A DNA stretch of 32,000 nucleotides from Cryptosporangium minutisporangium (GCF_039536245.1 NZ_BAAAYN010000057.1:37457-69456), one strand, 5' to 3'. Positions 8,147 to 16,846 are shown, counted from the stretch's first letter. The notes: a model not told the origin generated them from the letters alone. Numbers and translations: made by a program.

Positions 8147-8184
8147 TTCCGGTGAGCGCGTGGGCGTTCCAGGGAGGCACACCG

Positions 8185-8832
8185 GTGGACGAGCCGAAGC
8201 GGGTCCTCATCGTCGACGACCACCCCGTGGTCCGCCGCGGCCTGAAAGTGATGCTGGAGGGCGAGGCCTGGGTGAGCGAGGTCGCCGAGGCGGCCAGCGT
8301 CGAAGAGGCCGTCCGCGAGGCGATCACCTGCCACTCCGACGTCATCGCGATGGACGTCGTCCTGCCCGACGGCGACGGGATCGACGCCACCCGCCGGATC
8401 CTCGAGGCGTGTCCCGACGCGGCGGTCCTGATGCTCACGATGGCCGACGACGACGACATCGTGGCCAAGGCCCTCAACGCCGGCGCCCGGGGGTTCCTGC
8501 TCAAGGACACCGATCCGGACATGGTGATCGATGCGCTGCGAACGGTTGCCAGCGGGGGAGTGGTCCTCGGGCCGCGCGTCGGACCGACCGTCCTCACCGC
8601 GCTGCGCCGGGCCCCGGCGGTGCTCCCGCCTCCGTTCGACCAGCTCACGACGCGGGAGCTCGACATCGTCAACCGGCTGGCGTGCGGCGACACCAACGCG
8701 CAGATCGCCCGCCACCTCAACGTCAGCGAGAAGACGATCCGTAACCAGATGTCGGCCGTGTTCAACAAGCTGAACGTCAGCGACCGCGTGCAGGCGGCGT
8801 TATTGGCCCGCGACGCGGGGATCGTCCGTTAG
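8185..8832 (+). CDS. NarL/LuxR-family response regulator (REC + HTH)
   Basis: ORF 8083..8832. Preferred start is GTG 8185 (GGGAGG at 8171-8176). KRVLIVDDHPVVRRGL, MDVVLPDGDG, and a C-terminal LTTRELDIVNRLACGDTNAQIARHLNVSEKTIRNQ helix-turn-helix. Confidence 0.9.
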   Translation: MDEPKRVLIVDDHPVVRRGLKVMLEGEAWVSEVAEAASVEEAVREAITCHSDVIAMDVVLPDGDGIDATRRILEACPDAAVLMLTMADDDDIVAKALNAGARGFLLKDTDPDMVIDALRTVASGGVVLGPRVGPTVLTALRRAPAVLPPPFDQLTTRELDIVNRLACGDTNAQIARHLNVSEKTIRNQMSAVFNKLNVSDRVQAALLARDAGIVR

Positions 8833-8901
8833 CGACATGGTGTGACGTTGCCATCACGCGTTTCCGCTCCGGTTCCACGGGGGATGCCCCAGGGGCCGGC
8901 A

Positions 8902-10428
8902 TCAGCCGACGCGAAAGTGGAGTCGGCCATCCCGCACGAGGGTCGGCGCTGGAAGTCGGGCCAGGAGGTCATCGCGATGTTCGAACTGCACTGTGGAGCC
9001 TGCGCCCACCCGGGAGCCTCGAGCGACAACCGGGCCGAGGTCCAGACGCTGACCGATCTGCACAACAGCCTGGTGCACCGTGGCAGCCCGGTCGCCAAAC
9101 TCCGTCGCCGACGCTTCGGGCGTCCCCGCAGCGCTGCCGCGTGAACCGATCGGGCTACCGCTGCGCGCCGGTGTAGCAGCCCAGGCGGCGACGAATACCC
9201 CGGCCCAGATCAGGCCGATCAGCAGTGCCGCGGTCGTACTGCTGACAGTTCCCCAGCCCAGGTAGACCCGGTCCGCGGCGAGCAGGATCACGATCGCGGC
9301 ACCGAGCGTCCACGTCGATCCGCGGGCGATCCGGCTGCGACGCTTCCGAGCCACCGTCCAGGTGGCGAGCGCGATCGCGGTCGTGGAGATCGCGTGCTGG
9401 ATCGCGAACAGGTGGTCGGTGCCGGCGATGCCCTCGGCGGCGTTCAGCACGAGACCGAGGATGACCAGCGGAAGTACCGCACCACCGGAGACGAGAACGC
9501 CGAGCGGTCCCTGGTGTCGGGGTGAGTGCACCGGCCGGAGCAGCACCACGACGGCCGCGGCCGCAACGACGGCGTACGACGGGGTGGAGAGCAGCAGTGC
9601 CTTCGCGACGAGGGCGAGGCCGCTGTCGTACTGCGAGGTCAACGCCGCCGCGACCGGCTCGTCGAGCTGCGGCAGCCCACCGGCCCACACCGCGACCGCC
9701 ACCAGTGCGGTGAGCACCCCGCCCACGAGCGTCAACGCCACGATCAGCGCAGCGCTGCTCCACGGGCGGACGCCCACGACCCGGGCGAACAGGCGGGCAG
9801 GTAGGTCCGGGTGGCGCCCCAGCCACCGTCCGGCCGCGATCCCGGCGACGACTGCCACCGCCACCATGACCAGCCCCAGCGACGCTTGCCCCGCGACCGC
9901 GGACACCTGCTGGTACGAGCTGCCCGCCAGGTACCCGGCGCCGACGTAGAGGCCCGACCACAGCAGCCCGGCCGGGACGCTGTAGCGCAGGAACGCCCCG
10001 GGCGACATCCCACCGGCACCGGCCAGGCGCGGCACGAGCGTCCGGGCGCCGACCGCCCAGCGCGCGACGAACACCGCCCGGCCACCGTGCCGCCCCAGGA
10101 GGGCTGCTGCGCGGGTCAGGGCTCCGTCCAGTCGGCGCTGCAGGAACCCGCCGCGCCGCGCGCTGCCTGCGGCCGGGCGCCCCGCCGTGCGTCGTCCGAC
10201 GACGTAACCGGCCCCGTCGCCCGCGATCACCGCGACCATGGCAGTGGCCAGGGCGATCGGAAGGTTGAGCGTCCCGCTGTAGGCGAGGAAGCCCAGGCCG
10301 AGCGCGGTCGAGACGCTCGGGAGCACGACCCCGGCGAGTACCGCGGGTTCGGCCGCGAGGATCACCGCGGCGAGCGCCACGACGAGCGGGCCGGGAAGGC
10401 CGAGTACGCCGTCCAGCAGGCTCTCCAC
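8902..10428 (-). CDS. DedA (VTT/SNARE-associated) domain fused to a degenerate PAP2-like membrane domain
   Basis: ORF 8902..10614. Preferred start is GTG 10428 (GGAGG 7 nt upstream). DedA-like N-half (VLPSVSTALGLGFLAYSG..FVARWAVGARTLVP). C-half carries PAP2-like DRVYLGWGTVSS where SRxxxxxHxxxD is expected. Confidence 0.75.
   Translation of the reverse strand: MESLLDGVLGLPGPLVVALAAVILAAEPAVLAGVVLPSVSTALGLGFLAYSGTLNLPIALATAMVAVIAGDGAGYVVGRRTAGRPAAGSARRGGFLQRRLDGALTRAAALLGRHGGRAVFVARWAVGARTLVPRLAGAGGMSPGAFLRYSVPAGLLWSGLYVGAGYLAGSSYQQVSAVAGQASLGLVMVAVAVVAGIAAGRWLGRHPDLPARLFARVVGVRPWSSAALIVALTLVGGVLTALVAVAVWAGGLPQLDEPVAAALTSQYDSGLALVAKALLLSTPSYAVVAAAAVVVLLRPVHSPRHQGPLGVLVSGGAVLPLVILGLVLNAAEGIAGTDHLFAIQHAISTTAIALATWTVARKRRSRIARGSTWTLGAAIVILLAADRVYLGWGTVSSTTAALLIGLIWAGVFVAAWAATPARSGSPIGSRGSAAGTPEASATEFGDRAATVHQAVVQIGQRLDLGPVVARGSRVGAGSTVQFEHRDDLLARLPAPTLVRDGRLHFRVG
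8977..9144 (+). CDS. Possible small protein (55 aa) with CxxC...HxxxxH
   Basis: ATG 8977 is preceded by AGGAGG (8963-8968) at 8-nt spacing. MFELHCGACAHPGASSDNRAEVQTLTDLHNSLVH... GC3 is about 80%, lower than in confident genes. Lies fully antisense to the tail of the DedA/PAP2 ORF. Confidence 0.3.
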   Translation: MFELHCGACAHPGASSDNRAEVQTLTDLHNSLVHRGSPVAKLRRRRFGRPRSAAA

Positions 10429-10788
10429 GTGGCGACCTCCGGCAGATCCGGCTCCGACGGCCGGGTGATGGTCAGCCTTCCGTCGCGCGTCGTTTCTGAC
10501 ATCCGGGAGCACCCTGGCGCCAACCCTGAGATAGCTCAGCCGTGCTGCATGGCGGACCGCCTTCCCCCCGTGTCGTCGTCTGTCGTCCCTGGTACACGGC
10601 CATACGCGGGCCAAGGTTCGGACGGACGGAGGAGCGCTGCCGAGTCGGGAGTGGGTGGCGGTGAAGAGCGGGCGAAGACCAAACTTTGGGATTTTTCGCC
10701 GTTCAAAGATGCGACGGCCGTCAATTGAGGCAACGATGGAGTCGTCGGTAGCGGTGAGACAAGGTCCAGGCGTCTATCCGGTGAGGAT

Positions 10789-12393
10789 GTGCGTTTGTCT
10801 CGATCTGTCGCGTCCCAGTTATCCGGGTGGTCGCCTGCCCGGGCATTCGGTGACCCGACCTCGAGCCGCCGCTGCTCGGCTGCGGCCGCCGGTCTGTTGA
10901 CGGTGGGGCTGCTCCTGGGTTCGGCGGGTGCCGCCCAGGCCGAGCCGACGCCGACCCCGAGCAGCTCCGCGCAGAAACCGGCCGGCCCATCGGCGTCCCC
11001 CGATTCGGGAACGCCCGAGCGGCCGACGACGGGGACCACGGCCAAGCCGCGGACCGTCGCGGAGCGGGTGAAGCAGCAGCAGATCGCGGCGGAGGCGGTC
11101 GCCGAGCGGCTGGAAGAGGCGAAGGCCGAGCTGGCCACCGCCCGCGACGACCGGGCTCGCGCGGAGGCCCGCAGCACGGTCGCGGCGCAGCGGGTGATCG
11201 CGGCCCGGGCGGAGGTCAACAGCTGGGCGCGCGACTCGTACATCGCGCAGGCCGAACAACCCTCCGGACTGCCGGTCGACCCGCGTCGCCGGATGTTCGG
11301 TCACCCCGACCCGCAAACGGACACCGCCGAAGCGACCCTGGCCACCGCCGAGGCCCAGGACCGGTCGGCGGCGAGCGACCTGGCCGTGGCTACCGCGCTG
11401 GCGGAGACGGCGCAGGCTCGCGTGCAGCGGCTCGGCGCCGACCTGTCCCGCCGCGCGACCACGATCCGGGAACTCCGGACCGGGCGGGAGGACGTGCTCG
11501 CGGCCGCGCAGTCCGACCAGGAGGCGGTGGACGCGGCGCGCTCCTCCGAGTACATCCGGGACGCGCAAGGCTCCGCCGGTGACGCGGCGACGAAGGCGCT
11601 CGAGTTCGCGCTGGCGCAGCGCGGCAAGCCGTACGTGTGGGGAGCAGAGGGGCCCGACACCTACGACTGCTCCGGGTTGGTGCAGACCGCCTACGCGGCG
11701 GCCGGGGTCTCGCTGCCGAGGACCGCGCGTCCGCAGTACCGGGCCACGCCGGTCGTCGAGACGACCGCGCTGCTCCCCGGTGACCTGCTGTTCTTCGCGA
11801 CGAACAAGTCGGACTGGAACACCATTCACCACGTGGCGATCTACCTCGGCAACGGCAAGATGCTGCACGCGCCGACGACCGGCGACGTCGTCCGGGTGGC
11901 GCCGGTGTGGTGGGAGGAGTTCTACGCGGCGACTCGCGTCGTGCCCGGCCGGAAGACGCCGAAGCCGTCGCCTGCGCCGTCGCCGGAGAAGCCCGTTGCG
12001 CCGCCGGTGAAGCCCGCGCCGTCGCCGTCGCGTTCCGCGCCGGGCTCCCCGTCGCCGTCGGATTCCCCGTCGGGGTCGGCCTCGCCCTCGGGCTCCGGTT
12101 CGCCGTCGGGTTCGCCGTCGACGTCGCCGAGCGGGACGCCGTCGCCGGCGCCAGGGCCGAGCGGTACCGGCTCGCCGTCGCCGAGTGCAGGCTCCCCGTC
12201 GGCGGGCTCCCCACCGGCGAGCACTCAGCCGCCGGCATCCGAGCCGTCGGGATCCGCGCGGCCGAGCGAGCCTCCGTGCGACCCCGATGCGTCGCCCAGC
12301 GGATCACCCACCCCGTCGGCGTCCGCGTCGCCGAGCCCGAGCCCGAGCCCGTCGGGAAGCCCGTCCCCGAGCCCGACGCCCTGCCGCGACTGA
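10789..12393 (+). CDS. Secreted NlpC/P60 (C40) cell-wall hydrolase, RipA-like, with coiled-coil N-region and Pro/Ser-rich tail
   Basis: Signal-like SAAAAGLLTVGLLLGSAGAAQA. Ala/Glu/Arg-rich helical region. Catalytic core GKPYVWGAEGPDTYDCSGLV...HHVAIYLGNGKMLHAP. About 150-aa (SP)n tail. Start is GTG 10789 or TTG 10795. Confidence 0.85.
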   Translation: MRLSRSVASQLSGWSPARAFGDPTSSRRCSAAAAGLLTVGLLLGSAGAAQAEPTPTPSSSAQKPAGPSASPDSGTPERPTTGTTAKPRTVAERVKQQQIAAEAVAERLEEAKAELATARDDRARAEARSTVAAQRVIAARAEVNSWARDSYIAQAEQPSGLPVDPRRRMFGHPDPQTDTAEATLATAEAQDRSAASDLAVATALAETAQARVQRLGADLSRRATTIRELRTGREDVLAAAQSDQEAVDAARSSEYIRDAQGSAGDAATKALEFALAQRGKPYVWGAEGPDTYDCSGLVQTAYAAAGVSLPRTARPQYRATPVVETTALLPGDLLFFATNKSDWNTIHHVAIYLGNGKMLHAPTTGDVVRVAPVWWEEFYAATRVVPGRKTPKPSPAPSPEKPVAPPVKPAPSPSRSAPGSPSPSDSPSGSASPSGSGSPSGSPSTSPSGTPSPAPGPSGTGSPSPSAGSPSAGSPPASTQPPASEPSGSARPSEPPCDPDASPSGSPTPSASASPSPSPSPSGSPSPSPTPCRD

Positions 12394-12447
12394 CCCCGTG
12401 CGGTGTCCACTTCGCGGGCGGCGGCCGACCCGGGATGAAAAGAGCGT

Positions 12448-13022
12448 GTGCTGAACGACGGGGAACTACGCGAGATGGCCGCGCGGTTGGTGCGAGTGCC
12501 CGGCGTCGTCGGGGTGATGCTGGGCGGCGGCCGCGCCCGCGGCACGGGCACCCGTTCGGTGTCCCGGACTTCGCCTACGTCGGCGAGGTGGCGCTCGGCC
12601 GGATGTTGGCCGACCCGACCGGCGCGCTGACCCGCCTCCGCGAAGCCGCTCGCGACTACCCGCCCGCGCTGCGGGACCGGGTGGTCACCACGAGCTTGTG
12701 GGAGGCCGACTTCGCGCTGGCGGTAGCGCGGGAGGGAGCCGGCCGGGGGGACACGACGTGCGTCGCCGGCTGCCTGTTCCGGGTGGTCGGTCTCTGCGCG
12801 CACGCGGTCCACGCCCACGCGGGTGCCTGGCTGATCAACGAGAAAGGCGCGGTGGACGCCGCTGCGGCGCTGTCCGGTGCGCCGCTGGACTTCGCCGAGG
12901 CCGCGCACGGCGTCCTGGCGTGCCTCGGCCGGTCGGTGATCGACCTGGAAGCGGCGCTGCGCACCGCCGGCCTCCTCGTCGAGGCGGTCGCCGCCACGTG
13001 CGGCGTCGACCGCCGGAAGTAG
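12448..13022 (+). pseudogene. Nucleotidyltransferase-domain gene remnant (internal deletion + frame change)
   Basis: Frame 1 (12448-) reads LNDGELREMAARLVRVPGVVGVMLGGGRARG, then becomes nonsense. From about 12550 a different frame reads GHPFGVPDFAYVGEVALGRMLADPTG...LINEKGAVD up to 13022. The catalytic middle expected between the two pieces is missing. Confidence 0.6.
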
Positions 13023-13064
13023 AAAGCGGATCATCTGCAACGGAACCAGTCGTACGCTGGGGAC

Positions 13065-13544
13065 ATGACTGCGATGGCGCCGAACCGCACCAGCCCTGAT
13101 CTGTCTTTCCTGCTCGACCACACCAGCCACGTCCTGCGAACCCGGATGGCGGCCGGCCTGGGCGAGATCGGGCTCACCGCACGGATGCACTGCGTCCTCG
13201 TCCACGCGTTGGAGGAGGAGCGGACCCAGATCCAACTGGCCGAACTCGGCGACATGGACAAGACCACGATGGTCGTCACCGTCGACGCGCTGCAGAAGGC
13301 GGGCCTCGCCGAGCGTCGTCCGTCCAGCACCGACCGGCGTGCACGGATCATCGCGGTCACCGAGGAGGGTGCCCGCGTGGCCCAGCGGAGCCAGGAGATC
13401 GTCGACCGGGTGCACGCCGAAACGCTGGCCAGCCTCCCCGACGACGAGCGAACGGTGCTGCTCCGTGCCTTGCAGCACCTGGTGGAGGGGCACCTGGCGG
13501 AGCCGGTCGAGGCGGCTCGGCCGGCTCGTCGAGCCCGTCAATGA
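13065..13544 (+). CDS. MarR-family transcriptional regulator
   Basis: Winged-helix core QIQLAELGDMDKTTMVVTVDALQKAGLAERRPSSTDRRARIIAVTEEG. TACGCT (13053-13058) ends 7 nt before the ATG, suggesting a leaderless transcript. Confidence 0.9.
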   Translation: MTAMAPNRTSPDLSFLLDHTSHVLRTRMAAGLGEIGLTARMHCVLVHALEEERTQIQLAELGDMDKTTMVVTVDALQKAGLAERRPSSTDRRARIIAVTEEGARVAQRSQEIVDRVHAETLASLPDDERTVLLRALQHLVEGHLAEPVEAARPARRARQ

Positions 13545-13569
13545 TCAATAGGTCCCTCAGAGATTGTCT

Positions 13570-13589
13570 GTAACGGAACTATCCGTTAC
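13570..13589. promoter_or_regulatory. Perfect palindrome GTAACGGA-ACTA-TCCGTTAC between marR and the MFS gene (candidate MarR operator)
   Basis: 8-bp arms with a 4-bp spacer. The left half and its flank, TCTGTAACGGAAC (13567-13579), recur as TCTGCAACGGAAC at 13034-13046 upstream of marR (12/13 identical). Confidence 0.5.
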
Positions 13590-13624
13590 GGTCCTTCGTG
13601 TCGGCACTGCGGCAGGAGGACCCC

Positions 13625-15049
13625 ATGTCCCGTTGGATTGCACTCGGCGTCATCGCCACCGGACTACTGATGAGCGTCTTGGACGGAAGCATCGTCACCG
13701 TGGCGATGCCCGCCATCCAGGACGACCTCGATCTCTCCCCCGCCGGGCTGAGTTGGGTGGTGAACGCGTACCTGATCGCGTTCGGCAGCTTGCTGCTCCT
13801 GGCCGGGCGACTCGGTGACCTGATCGGCCGCAAGCGGATGTTCTTGGCCGGCTCGGCGGTGTTCACGCTGGCCTCGCTGCTGGCCGGCGCCGCGACGTCG
13901 CCGACCATGCTGATCGTCGCGCGCTTCCTGCAGGGGATCGGCAGCGCGATGGGGGCGGCGGTGAGCCTCGGCATCCTGGTGACGCTCTTCACCGAGCCGA
14001 AGGAGCGCGCCAAGGCGATCGCGGTCTTCAGCTTCACCGGAGCGGCGGGCGCCTCGATCGGCCAGGTGCTCGGCGGCGTCCTGACCGATGCGCTGAACTG
14101 GCACTGGATCTTCCTCATCAACATCCCGATCGGCATCGCCGCGATCGCTCTCGCGGTGCCGGCACTGCCCGCCGACCGCGGGCTCGGCCTCGGGGCCGGC
14201 GCGGACGTCCTCGGCGCGTTCCTGGTGACCGCCGGCCTGATGTCGGGCATCTACGCGGTCGTCACGCTCGAGAACGACGGCGGGAACTCGCTGCTGTTCG
14301 GCGCCCTGGCCGTCGTGCTGCTGGTCGGCTTCGTCGTGCGCCAGATGGCCGCACGCAACCCGCTGATGCCGCTGCGCATCTTCCGGTCGCGGAGCGTCTC
14401 GGCGGCCAACCTGGTCCAGGTCCTGATGGTGGCCGCGCTGTTCTCGTTCCAGGTCCTCACCGCCCTCTACCTGCAGAAGGTGCTCGGGTACGGCGCCACC
14501 GAGACCGGCCTGGCGATGCTGCCTGCCGCGTTGATGATCGGTGCGGTGTCCTTGGGTGTCGCTACCCGGCTCAACGCCCGCTTCGGGGAGCGAGCCGTCC
14601 TGCTGAGCGGCCTGACCCTGCTGATCGCGATGCTGTTACTGCTGGTCCGCGTCCCGGTGCAGGCGAACTACGTCGTCGACCTGCTGCCGGTGATGTTGCT
14701 GGCCGCCGGGTTCGGACTCGCGCTGCCTGCGCTGACCACGCTCGGTATGTCGGGAGCGAAGCAGGACGACGCCGGGCTGGCGTCCGGCGTGTTCAACACC
14801 ACGCAGCAGATCGGGATGGCGCTCGGCGTCGCGCTGCTGTCGACGTTGGCGGCCTCCCGCACCGAGGCTCTGCTGGACGCGGGGCGGAGCCGGCCCGAGG
14901 CGCTCACCGACGGCTACCAACTGGCGTACGCGATCGGGGCGGGGCTGCTCGTCACGGCGTTCGTCGCCGCGTTCGTCCTGCTCCGCCAGCCGTCGCGGAT
15001 CCGCGTGCTTCCGGAGTCCGCAGAGGTGGCGCCGACGCCGGTCGGCTGA
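13625..15049 (+). CDS. DHA2-type (EmrB/QacA-like, 14-TM) MFS efflux transporter
   Basis: ORF 13598..15049. Preferred start is ATG 13625, after AGGAGGA. LDGSIVTVAMPAIQDDL, GRLGDLIGRKR, and a length and hydrophobicity pattern typical of DHA2. Paired with the upstream MarR. Confidence 0.9.
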   Translation: MSRWIALGVIATGLLMSVLDGSIVTVAMPAIQDDLDLSPAGLSWVVNAYLIAFGSLLLLAGRLGDLIGRKRMFLAGSAVFTLASLLAGAATSPTMLIVARFLQGIGSAMGAAVSLGILVTLFTEPKERAKAIAVFSFTGAAGASIGQVLGGVLTDALNWHWIFLINIPIGIAAIALAVPALPADRGLGLGAGADVLGAFLVTAGLMSGIYAVVTLENDGGNSLLFGALAVVLLVGFVVRQMAARNPLMPLRIFRSRSVSAANLVQVLMVAALFSFQVLTALYLQKVLGYGATETGLAMLPAALMIGAVSLGVATRLNARFGERAVLLSGLTLLIAMLLLLVRVPVQANYVVDLLPVMLLAAGFGLALPALTTLGMSGAKQDDAGLASGVFNTTQQIGMALGVALLSTLAASRTEALLDAGRSRPEALTDGYQLAYAIGAGLLVTAFVAAFVLLRQPSRIRVLPESAEVAPTPVG

Positions 15050-15071
15050 ACCGATACGGGGGGCCTCCACA

Positions 15072-15114
15072 GCGGTGCACCGGCGGTTCGCTTACCGTTC
15101 CGCCGGTGCACCGC
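15072..15114 (+). terminator. Strong hairpin after the MFS gene (intrinsic-terminator candidate)
   Basis: 15-bp perfect stem GCGGTGCACCGGCGG / CCGCCGGTGCACCGC with a 13-nt loop, starting 23 nt after the stop. No T-tract. Confidence 0.6.
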
Positions 15115-15199
15115 CGGGAGGGCGACGTTCTGAACGCTCGTAACTTGGGCAAAATGCGCATAGCGGATCTGCGCATCAAGACGGTGAGCGAGGGCGACG

Positions 15200-16846
15200 A
15201 TGACGGTGAACGACACGCTGCACGGTGACGTGCACACGCCGGTCGGCTCCGAGAGTGGGCGGTCCGGCGGCGGGGCGCTCGCCAACCTCTCGGTCAAGGT
15301 GAAGTTCCTGGCGGCGGTGGCGACCATGGCGATCTGCCTGGTCGCGATGGTCGCCTATGCGGCCACCGGCCTGCAGCGGGTCGAGAACAAGTCCGACGAG
15401 ATGCGGGCTGCGGCATCGCTCGGGGCGCAACTCCAGCAGCTGCGGGCGCTCGCACTGAACGAACGGCTGCTCTCGCTCAACTACTACATGTCCAGCGTGA
15501 CGTTCCGCCGCACCCAACTGGCTTCGCTCCAGACGACCGAAGCGTCGATGACGACTCTGGCCAACGCGTACTTCCCGGCGGCGAAGGCGGTCGACGCGAC
15601 GGCGGCCACGCGCCTGCAGAGTCAGCTGGAGGAGTACCACACGATCCGCAAGGAGCAGATGCTCCCGGCTTCCAACGCCGGAAATCTGTCGGCGTTCTGG
15701 GCCGGCTGGAACAAGGGCACTCAACTCGCCAAACAGATGGACGCCGACTTCGCCACGCTCAACGACGCCCACACGGCCCGGTTCGACGAGGCCGTCGACG
15801 CGGTACACAGCACCAAAAACAAGGTCAGCACCGCGTTGATCGTCGCCGGGATCGCTGCGCTGTTGCTCGGCGTCGGCGTCGCCTGGCTGATGGCCAGCGC
15901 CGTCGTCGGCCGTCTTCGACGGGTCACCACCGTCCTGCAGGCCGTCGCCGCGGGCGACCTCACCAAAGCGGCCGACGTGGTCGGGCGCGACGAGGTCGGA
16001 CTCGCCGCCAGGGCGGTCGACGAGGCGACCGCCTCGATCCGCCAGACCGTCGCCGCGCTCTCCGACTCGGCCCGCACGCTGGCGGAATCGTCACGGCAGC
16101 TCTCCAGCTCCGCCGAGGCCATCGCCAGCACCGCCGACGAGACGTCGAGCCAAGCGAACGTGCTCGCCACGGCCTCCGAGGACGTCTCGCGGAACGTGCA
16201 GACCGCCGCTGCGGGCACCGAGGAGATGGGGGCGGCGATCCGGGAGATCTCGCAGTCGGCCAACGACGCCGCCGGTGTCGCCTCCCACGCGGTGACGGCC
16301 GCGGCGACGACGAACGCGACGGTGGCGAAACTGGGCGCATCGTCGGCGGAGATCGGGAACGTCGTCAAGGTCATCACGTCGATCGCGGAGCAGACCAACC
16401 TGCTCGCGCCCAACGCCACGATCGAGGCGGCCAGGGCCGGCGAGGCGGGTAAGGGGTTCGCGGTCGTCGCGAACGAGGTGAAAGACCTCGCGCAGGAGAC
16501 GGCGAAGGCGACCGAGGACATCTCTCATCGGGTGGAGGCGATCCAGGCCGACACCGACAGTGCCGTCGTGGCCATCGAGGAGATCTCCGAGATCATCGCC
16601 AAGATCAACGACTACCAGATGACGATCGCCAGCGCGGTGGAGGAGCAGACCGCGACGACGAACGAGATGAGCCGCTCGATCGCCGAGGCTTCGACCGGTT
16701 CGGCCAGCATCGCCGACAACATCGCGAGCGTTGCGGCGGCGGCCCGGACGACCAGTGCCACGGTCGGCGAGACCCGGCGCTCCGCCGAACACCTGGCCGG
16801 GATGTCGACGCAGCTGCAGAGCCTGGTCGCCCGCTTCCGCTCCTGA
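15200..16846 (+). CDS. Methyl-accepting chemotaxis protein (4HB-like sensor, HAMP, MA domain)
   Basis: TM1 [21 protein letters not shown]2 [25 protein letters not shown], and the signalling hairpin [35 protein letters not shown]. Confidence 0.9.
   Translation: MTVNDTLHGDVHTPVGSESGRSGGGALANLSVKVKFLAAVATMAICLVAMVAYAATGLQRVENKSDEMRAAASLGAQLQQLRALALNERLLSLNYYMSSVTFRRTQLASLQTTEASMTTLANAYFPAAKAVDATAATRLQSQLEEYHTIRKEQMLPASNAGNLSAFWAGWNKGTQLAKQMDADFATLNDAHTARFDEAVDAVHSTKNKVSTALIVAGIAALLLGVGVAWLMASAVVGRLRRVTTVLQAVAAGDLTKAADVVGRDEVGLAARAVDEATASIRQTVAALSDSARTLAESSRQLSSSAEAIASTADETSSQANVLATASEDVSRNVQTAAAGTEEMGAAIREISQSANDAAGVASHAVTAAATTNATVAKLGASSAEIGNVVKVITSIAEQTNLLAPNATIEAARAGEAGKGFAVVANEVKDLAQETAKATEDISHRVEAIQADTDSAVVAIEEISEIIAKINDYQMTIASAVEEQTATTNEMSRSIAEASTGSASIADNIASVAAAARTTSATVGETRRSAEHLAGMSTQLQSLVARFRS

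Noticed and set aside
6086-8182. 698-aa minus-strand ORF (also 5863..7170 -, 5497..6201 +) overlapping the kinase-astacin gene
   Set aside because: Low-complexity Arg/Gly/Pro translation. The plus-strand frame starting at 4874 contains clear HisKA_3, HATPase_c and astacin motifs, so these are shadow ORFs.
10429-10788. Possible ydaO-type (cyclic-di-AMP) riboswitch in the 360-nt region upstream of the NlpC/P60 gene, a common association in Actinobacteria
   Set aside because: I could not find the conserved ydaO blocks, notably the CCGnCAGCUAACCUCGUAAGCG-like 3' element or the paired ACGGGGA/GGGGUGAA cores. There is only an A/T-rich patch (about 10675-10710) with a short GCGAA/TTCGC stem. cmsearch with RF00379 would settle it.
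11907-12447. Front part of the 371-aa ORF 11907..13022
   Set aside because: It is an out-of-frame reading of the Pro/Ser-rich tail of the NlpC/P60 gene. Only the portion after about 12550 matches a protein family, and I treat that as the second fragment of the NTase pseudogene.
15154-15176. ATGCGCA-N9-TGCGCAT inverted repeat upstream of the MCP gene
   Set aside because: The arms are only 7 bp and there is no second copy or adjacent regulator, so it is too weak to call an operator.
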